Assembly (NCBI GenBank): GCA_037447605.1
Contig: CM074805.1
Span: 4,001,361 to 4,065,360, forward strand
Source of the DNA: Zygnema circumcarinatum SAG 698-1b
Taxonomy: Eukaryota; Plantae; Zygnematophyceae
Length of the DNA stretch: 64,000 nucleotides
Reading direction: 5' to 3'
Below the pieces are notes generated by a model that made no database searches, was not told where the DNA came from, and saw only the letters and a list, made by a program, of their open reading frames with translations. Numbering within the stretch: the first letter of the stretch is position 1; the number at the start of each line of letters is the position of its first letter. Positions 26,974 through 39,050 of this stretch are shown here, piece after piece. A program made the translations under genes and the position numbers.

Positions 26974-29900
26974 CACTCCCAATTGGCAAGGGGAGACCAC
27001 AGAGCCGTGAAGCCTATCAACTGCCAACTGATGAAAACCAGAAAAAGCAAATGGTAATCGTATGGTGAAGGGTTGGACACTTCAAAGGACGACTCCAAGA
27101 ACGTCGAGGTCAGGTAACGAATGTAAACGAACAAGCATGAAAAGGACTGACGAACATTTAAGAAATGCCAAATCATTGTCGTTTTCAGATGCCTAACCAG
27201 TGAGCGTGCTATACATTCTTACTTCGGAGCACAAAAAAGAGGCAAAAAGACGTTCTCCCAGAATGCAAAAAGAATTACCGAACAATACTACATTGTGAAG
27301 TTCCGCGCAAAGGACGACATGAGCTTCTTGTTAGCTGAGAAACACGTATACAGCGGTCATAGGCTAAAAAGTCATCCTAAATAGTTATCACATTATGCTA
27401 CTTTCCAGCAGAGGCAAGCTGCATTAGCACCGTATAGGCAATGCTACACTGAAACACTGCCTGACCGGGGCAATCAAGTTTCTTCAGCAAACCATCTTTC
27501 ACATTCAGGGAAAACGTACTGTCGGGCATATATGCTCAACAAACTTTGGCGACCACTCAAAATCACATGCCATATTGGATGTGTTGGAAGAAACCACAGA
27601 TATTGAGCCTGATGTGCATTCAACAAGAATGCTGGTCGCATACTCACTCCTGTGGAGCTGACATTTCAAAACGATGGGGACGCCTGCAGAGCCAAGTTAC
27701 GAATATTTGCTACTCTAAAATTTTTTTTTTAGCGTGCAGAGGATAGCAGGACCACATTCCTCGGTTCCTCACCAAATACGGCTGCTGCAAGCTGTCGCCA
27801 TGACCCCCACAGGACTTCTCATTACTCGAGAGCAACTATTATCCCCCCCTGTCTCTCTCCCTAAAGCCTGTAACAGCATCTCAACCGCTTTCTACACGCC
27901 ATGTGTCCATATGCTCTAGAATATGCACCGCAACCTTACCATCACTACCCCTCCCCCACCCCTCCCCTCGCCTCCTCCCTCTCCCTCTCCCAGCAAGCAC
28001 TCTAGAGACCTCAAATCTCCCGCCACATCCGCCACCTGCAGCCTGCCTCCAAGCCCCCTGTCACTCCGCCATAGCCGCGCCTCCCTCAGGCCTTTCACCT
28101 TCCTCCCCGCCTCTCCCATCCGCCATTGCCATGGCCCGAAGAGGATCAGAGCTTCCTGGGACTCCACGTGGCGCGGACTTCCCGGGCCTTGAAACCGCTT
28201 GACGGTCGTCAAGTCGTTTCGCCGGCCGGCGCCTTTTGCCCGCCGTCCCGCTAGGGTTGGGGGCACGGTCCCCCTCCGACCCGTGCCCAGGGGCACGTGC
28301 CCCCCCCCCCTTGGGGGGGGGGGGGCATGCCCCTTTTTCGTGCCCCGTGACGTGACTGCATTGAGCAATTCAAATCGACCCCAAAAAGAATATAATATTT
28401 TTAAAACGGTACGGATGAAGGTACGGAAAGTACAGATGAATGTACTAAACGTACGGGTCAAGGTACAAATGTACGAAAAAATATGAAAAGTACGGACAGT
28501 ACTCAACACAACTCTCAAAACTGAGGATCCAGCACAGCACAGTTTTTTANNNNNNNNNNCACTCCCAATTGGCAAGGGGAGACCACAGAGCCGTGAAGCC
28601 TATCAACTGCCAACTGATGAAAACCAGAAAAAGCAAATGGTAATCGTATGGTGAAGGGTTGGACACTTCAAAGGACGACTCCAAGAACGTCGAGGTCAGG
28701 TAACGAATGTAAACGAACAAGCATGAAAAGGACTGACGAACATTTAAGAAATGCCAAATCATTGTCGTTTTCAGATGCCTAACCAGTGAGCGTGCTATAC
28801 ATTCTTACTTCGGAGCACAAAAAAGAGGCAAAAAGACGTTCTCCCAGAATGCAAAAAGAATTACCGAACAATACTACATTGTGAAGTTCCGCGCAAAGGA
28901 CGACATGAGCTTCTTGTTAGCTGAGAAACACGTATACAGCGGTCATAGGCTAAAAAGTCATCCTAAATAGTTATCACATTATGCTACTTTCCAGCAGAGG
29001 CAAGCTGCATTAGCACCGTATAGGCAATGCTACACTGAAACACTGCCTGACCGGGGCAATCAAGTTTCTTCAGCAAACCATCTTTCACATTCAGGGAAAA
29101 CGTACTGTCGGGCATATATGCTCAACAAACTTTGGCGACCACTCAAAATCACATGCCATATTGGATGTGTTGGAAGAAACCACAGATATTGAGCCTGATG
29201 TGCATTCAACAAGAATGCTGGTCGCATACTCACTCCTGTGGAGCTGACATTTCAAAACGATGGGGACGCCTGCAGAGCCAAGTTACGAATATTTGCTACT
29301 CTAAAATTTTTTTTTTAGCGTGCAGAGGATAGCAGGACCACATTCCTCGGTTCCTCACCAAATACGGCTGCTGCAAGCTGTCGCCATGACCCCCACAGGA
29401 CTTCTCATTACTCGAGAGCAACTATTATCCCCCCCTGTCTCTCTCCCTAAAGCCTGTAACAGCATCTCAACCGCTTTCTACACGCCATGTGTCCATATGC
29501 TCTAGAATATGCACCGCAACCTTACCATCACTACCCCTCCCCCACCCCTCCCCTCGCCTCCTCCCTCTCCCTCTCCCAGCAAGCACTCTAGAGACCTCAA
29601 ATCTCCCGCCACATCCGCCACCTGCAGCCTGCCTCCAAGCCCCCTGTCACTCCGCCATAGCCGCGCCTCCCTCAGGCCTTTCACCTTCCTCCCCGCCTCT
29701 CCCATCCGCCATTGCCATGGCCCGAAGAGGATCAGAGCTTCCTGGGACTCCACGTGGCGCGGACTTCCCGGGCCTTGAAACCGCTTGACGGTCGTCAAGT
29801 CGTTTCGCCGGCCGGCGCCTTTTGCCCGCCGTCCCGCTAGGGTTGGGGGCACGGTCCCCCTCCGACCCGTGCCCAGGGGCACGTGCCCCCCCCCCCTTGG

Positions 29901-30135
29901 GGGGGGGGGGGCATGCCCCTTTTTCGTGCCCCGTGACGTGACTGCATTGAGCAATTCAAATCGACCCCAAAAAGAATATAATATTTTTAAAACGGTACGG
30001 ATGAAGGTACGGAAAGTACAGATGAATGTACTAAACGTACGGGTCAAGGTACAAATGTACGAAAAAATATGAAAAGTACGGACAGTACTCAACACAACTC
30101 TCAAAACTGAGGATCCAGCACAGCACAGTTTTTTA
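26974..30135. repeat. 1576-bp apparently identical tandem duplication (26974-28549 = 28560-30135) split by a 10-N gap
   Basis: Identical ORF translations offset by 1586 bp; the N gap at 28550-28559 sits exactly at the junction. Confidence 0.92.
29995..30088. repeat. Degenerate minisatellite of about 21 bp carrying nine GTAC cores
   Basis: GTAC at 29995, 30007, 30016, 30028, 30037, 30049, 30057, 30076 and 30085. Confidence 0.8.
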
Positions 30136-30226
30136 ACTTTTAGTTCTCACCTATCAACTCTCCTTATGCCTCTTCTCACTTGTATTACCCCTCTTATCTC
30201 TTGTCTGCCTCCCACTCCTCACCCTA

Positions 30227-30235
30227 AGAGAGAGA

Positions 30236-30270
<35 letters not shown>
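30227..30270 (+). repeat. (GA)n microsatellite
   Basis: Directly visible, with one GACA interruption. Confidence 0.95.
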
Positions 30271-30271
<1 letters not shown>

Positions 30272-32079
30272 TGAAATTGAAAATGGAAATCGGAAATGTG
30301 GAATGTGGAAATCGGTCTTCTATTTTCAACACCCTCCCAAGAGTCTCCCAAGTCTCTGGTGTGTTAAGCAGGTCGTGAAGACAACAAAATCGAACAGATT
30401 TTTGCGTGTTACTATTACTGTACACATAGTTACTGAGTGAGATCAATGCCAAATCATTTTACTGAGTGCTTTTTCTCTCTTTTCTTTTTTGTTAGTAAGA
30501 GATAGTTGCGATGCGGAACTGAACGCTGTCTTCAATCGTCACCGGCCAGGGCCCGGTCGTACGAGGTAAGCGTCACGTGACAGGGGGCACGGGGGGGCAC
30601 GAAATATATGGGGAAAATTTTTGGAGGCGTGCCCCGGGCACGGACGGTCAAAAATGGGGGGCATGCCCCCCCCCCGGGCATGCCCGTGCCCCCGTGCCCC
30701 CAACCCTACGTCCCGCCCGCCCGCGCGTGCGACGCTCGCCGGCGGTTGCCGGAAACTCGCCGGCCGGCAAAAAGCCGCCCGCCAAAGTTCAAAGCTGGCC
30801 CGATTTTTTCCCTGGAGAGGACCGGGGGCGGACCGTACGACGGCCTTCCTGGGACCGTACGGTCGTCGTACGGCGGCAGCCGGAGTCCCCGAATGGCGGC
30901 AGCGGCGTACGGTCGCCGGCGGTTGGCTTCGGTTGGTTGGGGTCGACGTTTTCGGGTGGACGTCCACGTGACTTCCGCCGCGGGTCGGCACTTCGCGACA
31001 GAATCGGTTGACCTCGCCGCCGTTGACGGGGCGGTCCTCGTCGGTACTCGGTAGGGATGGATAAAATTTAGAATTTGAATGAAGAATTCTTAAAGTCAGG
31101 CCGTTTTATAGAACACTTTTAGAACGGCCAGACAGTCGTGTGACTGTAAGGTCGCGCGACCAAATTGTACGGTTATAAACGACCGTATGTCCGTACATGC
31201 TGTTCAATTTCAACGGTCGTACGAAAATTCTAGACCTCTCAAACTCTTATAAAACTTTAAAAAGTCTCTTGTACGAACTTTCGTCCATTCCTCCTCGTCG
31301 GAATGCGCCGTACCGTACGAAAATGTACGGCACGCATGGGCGGCGTTTATTATGGCCCCTTCCGGCGTCTGTCGGCCGCGGCCTTGGCGGCGACTTCAAG
31401 GGGACGGACGGAGGGGGGCTAACTGCGAACATAGATCCCCTCAAAAGGACAAAGGGACAGGAGACGAAAATCACAGAACGGCGGTCAAGGGAAACACAGA
31501 ACCATTGCCAGTTACAGTTTGGTGAGGGAACTGTAACTGGCTAACGGAGCCTCTGCGCAAAGGCAGGCTTTGAGAGCCAGAACGTCTCTCAAGGGAAGGG
31601 AGGGGTAGGCAGGTCCTTCTGTCCTCGGTAGGGTACTATTTACGTCCAAATGTTTGGACTCCCGATGGGTGCGTTGTTACTACAGGTCCGATTCACTTTT
31701 CTTCTTTGGGAAAATTGATATAGATTATAGAGGCTATGGATTGGCATTTCTTATACATAGAGAAGGGGCAATTGTGAGAATAACGGGACCTGCACACTGG
31801 TCATTCAAGACCACAGCTTCAATGCTCAGACCTTCAAGTTCGATCACCTTCACACGGTGTTGCAATGACAGGAACCTTATTATCTAAACTTCTTGAGACC
31901 ACGGTAGGCATATTGGGAACAACTTGGCTAACGGTTACCATGTTTCAAAGAGATTGGCGGGCAGGTTGAGAAACACCTCCAAGACATAAGAAACTATAGC
32001 AGATGATCGAAATCTTGACAAATGCCAAGACACGGTTTCCTTTTGATGTGCACATGGAGACCAAAACTGAGGCTTTTGA

Positions 32080-35000
32080 CTATGACGTCTGCCTCCGAGC
32101 TAGTGTCGTTACAATTCGCTGCAGGGCTGCCACTTCTGCATCTCGCTCTTCTAAACGCTTTTTAAGCACTTCCACTTCTATTAGTGATGCTGCCACATCT
32201 ATTATGCTTCGCCCTTGCCCATCGCCCCCATTCCCAACCCCTTGATCCTTCCTCCCTGTAGAATGTGGCTGCTTGTCAGCATTCCTCGTCATCATCTGAG
32301 GACTCTTAGGAGTCCGCGACTGCGGACGATCTCCCAACCTCTCCTCCCTATCTTCTTGAGCCAAACCCTCTCCAGAAGCTCCCCACTGATCCCCTCGTCT
32401 TTCCACTTCAGGCACCCCCTCTGCACGCATCCCCTCAACACCAACATCGGCATCCTCCTGCTTAACACTATTCAACGAGGTCCTGCCCTTCTTTCTCCAC
32501 CGGTCGTTCTGTGCAGTTTCAGCGCCCGTGGGCGACTTTGAAGGCCCGTCTTCACCCTTGCCACCGACACTTTCCTTTCGACGTTTCTTCGCTTTGTGGA
32601 TGCCATTTCTGATAAGATTGTCACTGCCATTCTCGAGAGTCTCTTTTTTCGGTCTCTTAACCCCTGGGCTAGCATCCTCAGTGGATAGCTTTGCCTCACG
32701 CATCAGCTCCTTGACCTGAACACTCTCCACCTTCTCACTGCTCTCACCAGCGTCATTTCCCATTGAGGCTTCCCTCGCTTGTGGTTCTTTGCTCCTCTCC
32801 TTTTGTCGTCTCTCTTTGCGATTTTTCTGGCTTGAGCCATTCACCCCCTCAATGAAATCTTCGCCAGTTGTATCCACAGCAGCTGACTTCTTTCCATCAG
32901 CAGTTTTCGCTTCCTTCCCAATAGTATAGACTGCTCCTTTTCGCGTATGTACACCGAAAAGTTGCCCATTATGGCATCCCATTTTACGGACATTCACCTC
33001 CACGACATTCCCCTGCTTTGATGTAACCTTCACTGTTTTCTGGGGCCTTCCAAGCGAGTCCTGTGGGCCCCAAATTTATACAATTTTGATGCATTAGAAA
33101 ACCTCTTGGAATTAGTATTTGCGCCATGCCAAAACGAAGTATCCCAAGCTCATTCTAGAAGTACTAAAAGACTCCATACTCTAGCGTAGGCATTGAAAAA
33201 CTCCCCTCTGTATGATTCCTGTTCTTGAAGTTCATGATTAGTCCAACCGTACTGCAACCTGGCAACTCACGTATGACTCAGAAGTTCGCATGTCTTCCTT
33301 GTCTATTGACTAAGACAAGATAGGGTTCCCACATGGCCCCACAGTGGCTTCATAAAACCTTCCTTCTCGCTGCTCTGCAGGAACAATGCAGACGCCAAAA
33401 CAATTCAACATACTCATGTTCATAAAACCATGTCTGAGTCTACTGCTTGACCTCACCTTGCCTTGAACTCCCCGTAAAGCTTTGAAAGCCATGTTGGCAT
33501 GTTCCGGATTTTTAAAGATCGCAAATGTTGTTCCGCTCTTGGAGGATTTCCATCCAAACATCTGCACCAGGACAAACTTTCATGGAGAAGTGAGCACATC
33601 TTGCATGTATTGCGCGTACACACTAATAGACTTGGCACTGTCTGAACAAATAACTTCTCCTGCCACTTCGCAAAACGATCCTGAGACAATTGAAGACCCC
33701 CGATTGTGATGTTTATCTAGGCTAAGGGCCGGTAAAGGACCACCCTAAAAATACAATCAAGGTGCAAGTTCATGATCGTCTAAAAAGCAGGAATTGAGCG
33801 CAACCAAAAGGATAACCAAACCCATTGGCTGATCAAGATACTGAGGAGGAAGTAAAAAAGAACATCACCTGCACTTGCACAGGATACTGCGTAGGGAATA
33901 GAGCTGCCAGGTCATCAGGGGAAATGCCGGGGGAAATTCGATGGATGAAAAGCTTCGCAAGTTCCGTTTTATCCACCTGCACAAAGCAATAACCCCCAAT
34001 GTCAAAAAGATTCCATGACCAATCACTTATGGTTTGGAACAGCGAAATCTGCAGATACTGCTAACAGTGTTGCTTGTCAAGTTAGCAATTGCCAAGTGGC
34101 AGACAAACAAGTGAAGGAAACCTAAGCTAGATGACTCTCTCGGCAATGTGTACCACACTCCGAACGTAAAATGCGTCATCATGTATGGCTTAGCTTGTCA
34201 ATCCTGCCTGTGCACATCTTAAAAGCATGCAGGATCTGAAATTTGCCTGACGGTCAGGAGTTGGCAAGGGTGGAGTAGGCCCTTTCTCCATCTCATGGTA
34301 CACAAGGTGCAACGGAACGAGAGCATCCTCCGCGCTATCATGAACGGCACTTGCCACACGGAAGCCACGTTTAAGAAGAATCTGCAAACCCATCAATTTA
34401 GCACAGCAGTGACTGTCAGCTTGAGGTTGACCAGCTCTACTGGCTGCCAACTTCTGCATTTGGTCTATTACTGAACTAAGGAAGACAATCAGAAGTGCTG
34501 CACCACCTTAAGAGACCACCACTCAATAAAGTCTGATCGAAATTGTTTCAAGAAGACCCAGACAAACGATGGACTTGTATTTTTACAAACTTCCATACAC
34601 CTAATCAATACTTGCTCCACTTGCTAAATGCCATGCACAAACGGTCATCTAGACAGAAATTTTCAATAGCATGCTGATAACACATTCCCTCCAGTCAGAA
34701 ACTAACGTGATGCATTTGCAAAATTTGGCATAGGAGTGGACAGTTGTGGGTCTCATAGACAAGGCATCGCTGTACAGCCAGATCAGGACCTTGATGAGGC
34801 TGATGAAGGAAAAGAAAATCTTATAAAGAAAAATGCCGCTGAGTTTGCCTACAGCAAGCCCTTGGTTGCTGTTGCTCATGACTTGAAAGCCACTCACCTT
34901 ACAGAGATCGCCAAGTGATGGTATAACATTAGGACATCCATCGTACTCAAACAAAAGAGCTGTGTCAATCACTCGGCCATGATCAACCTTTAGTGCTGCT

Positions 35001-38000
35001 TCCAGCCCCACATAGAGAGAAAACAAATGAACAAAGAAGGCCTTTTATACGAAGTCTGATAAGGTAATCGAATTTACCAGAAAACACAAGCAACAGTATC
35101 TTCAAGTTTCTCCATGCTTAACGGGTACAGAAGACTGCCGGCAGTTAAGGGCCAACTACAAGCTCAGCCAGGAAACAAACGTTTGGCTTTCAATTTTGCG
35201 CACCTCTTAAATCATGATGAAGGCCATGGCCCACCAGGATTGTGCCAGGTGTCAAAAGCTTCTTTATTGACTCCTGTAAACAGCACAACAGATATCCTAC
35301 TTCAGAGGAGGTAAAATAAGGTCATCATACGAATGGGTCATTAGTCAGAGATTTTTCTCATCTATTCAGATGACTGAAAGGCACTTCTGTTCGTCTCTGA
35401 ACACGGCACAACTGCCTACACTTAGGTACTCTTAAAAGTTTGTTTTGAAATAAAAGATTCTATCGTTCATCCTATCTGTTCGTAATTTACCTTACCATCT
35501 ATCCTTTCACCTTGTGAGCTCCCATCAGAAGCTGCTCTAAAACATATCTTGCAAAATAAATTCAATACTTGCGCATCTCACTCAATTGAAGCTTTGACTC
35601 AAAACCTCTCTCCCATCAAATATGATCCTAAGTCAGAACATCTCCATATCCCGGCTGCAAGACCATATCAGATTGTGGAAAGTGTAAGACCTGAGCATCC
35701 GTCTGAGTGAAAGTCACGTCTCGAAGCTCCTCCGGTCCTACTCCCGTGATTGCTGCCTTGTAATCCAAGACCGGCAGACTTGGAGCGACAAGTGAATTTA
35801 GCACCACCTGCCAACACCTCGTAATGAAGCAACGCAACTCACTAGCTATAAGCTTGCAGTTTTTAGTTTGAAGGAGCAGGAAACCCAAGAATGGGGCAAA
35901 GCCCTAACCAGCCGCCGACCTCTCCAACTGCAGCATTCCGGCATTCAATCGCATGCGAACCCTATATCACATACGCTTAACACCAAGCATTTAGTAGTCC
36001 TACCCAGTTCACAAGGGCACATCGCTGAAGCATCACTTTCCTATGAATGGATGGGCGTCCCTGTTTGGCAAAATGCTCATCTAGCATTCGTGTCAAAGGA
36101 CACAATCGACCAAGGCCATAAGAGAGTCAGTTTCTCACCTCACCATCGCGGTCCACCACTGTCACGCGCACAACCTCCTTGACCTGCCCTAAGGATACAC
36201 ACATTTCGCAGTCGAGTCCAAGAAGTCTCTCTGGTTGGGTGGCTCGTTTTGACTTTCCCCTTTTAGTGTACACCCAATCCTGAATAAACCGAAGCCTCTG
36301 TCAGAAATGGCAAAGGTTTCCTAACGCGTAGAAGACATGCATAAATGATTATTGGGTATTCTGTCTACAGTAAGGAGGACATTTTTGTGTAGTAACGACA
36401 GCAGCAAAAAAAAGCATGAATTCTGGTTTTATTCAACATGTACACAGATTGGCTAATTCAACATCCCATAATTGATGTTCATCGTTCCAGTAAACAAGGT
36501 GCTATACCTTGCGATATGATGGGAAGTTGTAAAAACTTTTGAAGTTGACGTGCTGTTTGGTGCGAAGCACCAGCTCCTGTCAATTCAGCAACAAGCCATA
36601 CACTTCACTAGGAAGCTCACAGAGCAAGACCTCTGATATGCTTTCATTTTACAAATCTCGGCGCTAATAACAGTAAGGCTATATTTGAAGTCGGCAGGAA
36701 TCTAGTCTATCAGGAACTTGAAACAGGGACCAAAAACGAAAGCAAAGGTAGACAAGGTGATCAAGCAGCTTTGCTCTAAGATATTAGTGTATGAATCTCT
36801 TCTGTAAAATATTAGGTAGCCAGGCGATTACAGAAATGTCACACAATCTCACATCTTATACACTATGAGTTCCAATGACAGGAAGGCAGCGGTAGAGCAA
36901 CTTGTATACGACGAAGGAAGTAGCAGTGAGCAGAGCTTTAGACGAAACGACAAGGCAAGATAGACACACTTGCGGACACTTTGAAGTGCCTCCTTGCATT
37001 GGGAGACTCAACTTTAGTTCAGGGGGACAGACCCACACGACAAGAACACAGCATGAGTGCACAAAAACCGCAAACTTTTAAACAGAGCTAACTACGGCTT
37101 AACCGACACCCACTACCAACAAGAGTCTGACGAATCATACAAACAAACATCTACTGGAGTTGACACCTGTTCTGGAGTGCGAGCCCACGGGTCAGATTCG
37201 TCGAGTTGATCCTTCTCCAACTTCCACGCCTGCCACTTTCGCATGCTCTCCACTAACTGCATAACGAGCCAACCAGTAAACAAAAGGCTGGTTCAAATCT
37301 CGTCTACAACATTAGCTGAGTGAAGTGCTAATTCAGGGAGACTCATAGGCCTCCAGGGATTTTGACTTTTGCAGAGGGAATACATGCTCAGACCAGTGCG
37401 CTTTATGGACGTGGAAGTTACTAAGGCTGATAGTCATTAACATAGACGACCTAGACAAAGCAAAGAACGCGTGCCATATCAGAATAAACTAATGTGTCGC
37501 TGATCCGTTTGATTGCTCAGTTGAATTGTGAATACCATTTTCGTGAATCGTCTTGCTCTTATGTAAGTTCCCGCAATTATACTTTGTCACCTGTACTCAA
37601 TAAGACCCGATGACCTTCACAATTCCAGATGGTAATTTACTTCTTAACTACAAAACAGCCGCGAGAAAAGGGAAGGGTGGCAATCAAACACAGGCGGCAT
37701 TGTTGGAACTTGGACGCTTTTCCCAAGTGACCGCATGCGTGTGTTAGAGTTGGGTATGAGATGCAAGAAGCTCAATAGCCTTAGTGGAATACAGTCTAAC
37801 GTAGTAAAGGTCCGTACTGCAGACATGACTCGATAAGTTGGCACGACAGAAGTCCAAAAACTGTAATTCTTCGATTAGCTTGTTGCCCTTCAAAATGTTC
37901 CTGTGGAGTAAGTTGCATTCTGAGTTCTCTAGCAGAACAAACCGCGGCATTGGTCGATGCCTGACCAACTTCCGTAAAATCTTGTCGCTGCAATAGTCCC

Positions 38001-38771
38001 ATACAGTGAATGGACTGCTCAACTGTGTAGACGATGTTGTTATGTAACTGCAACAAGAATGTTGTTCACTTCGTTGCACTTTGTTTTTAAACGCACGCTA
38101 ATTAAATAAAGTTATAAATAAATGGTGCAGAACTTTACCTCTACATCCTTTTCGTTTGTGAGTGAATTAATAAATTCAGCCAAAACGGTCCATGAATGCT
38201 TGGCTGGATCGGTTGCAACAGAAGACTTCCCGATTTGGCTCGCCAGAAATTGCGGCCACTGCCCCTTTACTCCCTCGGCATTGTGCCTCTGACATTCCTT
38301 GACTATAGTGACCAGGATCTGCACAGCAACAATCCATTTCAAGAGTTGCAGCACATTCGCTTTCAATGGTGGTTTGTTGAGCTTATGGACTTAGAAATAG
38401 CTATAAGCCATAAAACAGAATTCTTGCTACGCTACGCTAGGTCCACAGTAAAATCTTGTACAGTATCCAAAACAGCTTACTTTTGCCGTAATTTGACTTT
38501 TCTCTCCGAATACACCAAGCGACTAAGGTTCAGCATGCCGATTGATACGTCAAAAAATACGGAAAAAAATAGAAATTTATAGTTATATATGCCTGCACGT
38601 CATCCCAATACTTTCAAAAGTGCTAATCCAGCTCTGTGCGGATAAAGAACTGGTGCTGGTTGCAGGAGGTATAGCACAATCATGACGGCTAGTATCGCCA
38701 CTCACCTCGTGGTCTCCGCTCCCAAACTCTCCGAAAATACTGCTCCTCTTTTCCTCCTTCACGGCCGCCAT
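32080..38771 (-). CDS. SDN: Small RNA degrading nuclease (SDN1/2/3-like DEDDh 3'-5' exonuclease with an RRM-like domain), multi-exon
   Basis: N-terminal IVKECQRHNAEGVKGQWPQFL...DPAKHSWTVLAEFINSL; RLLGLDCEM near 36205-36230; VLDYKAAITGV; ILVGHGLHHDL; KVDHGRVIDTALLF; HDSAEDA; KLFIHRISPG; AIFKNPEHANMAF; C-terminal coiled coil LKKRLEERDAEVAALQRIV. Confidence 0.87.
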
Positions 38772-39050
38772 AGCTCCCACGCAGGTCAACCTTCAGAGTT
38801 CAGAGCACCTCAGCACCCGAGCGCCATGGCGGCGGGGGCAGCAGCTTGCTAGTTACTACGCTCGTGCAGCAACGTCTCTATGTCAACGGAAGGTGAAACC
38901 TAATATGTTCTAATTTTTCACATTTCTTGTTGAACTAGAAACTGCGAAAATCCAGCTCTAATGAACCGAGTTCTTTGTCACAGTCCAGTTTTACGCATTT
39001 GCTACTGCCACGCAACGGGTGTGACATGGAACTTTTTCCTGTGCTTTTAA

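Larger units (their letters stand above)
29838..30708. other. Pair of inverted GGGGCAC/GTGCCCC-rich arms flanking a GTAC array and a (GA)n tract
   Basis: TAGGGTTGGGGGCACGG (29838-29854) is the exact reverse complement of CCGTGCCCCCAACCCTA (30692-30708); both arms also carry GGGGCATGCCCC and GGGGCACGAAA-type motifs. Confidence 0.55.

Noticed and set aside
29995-30088. CRISPR-like array
   Set aside because: Eukaryotic context, 4-bp conserved core, no long identical repeats and no cas genes.
30539-31054. Arg/Pro/Gly-rich ORFs of 115-150 aa on both strands
   Set aside because: Low-complexity translations of a GC-rich island with no splice-consistent structure.
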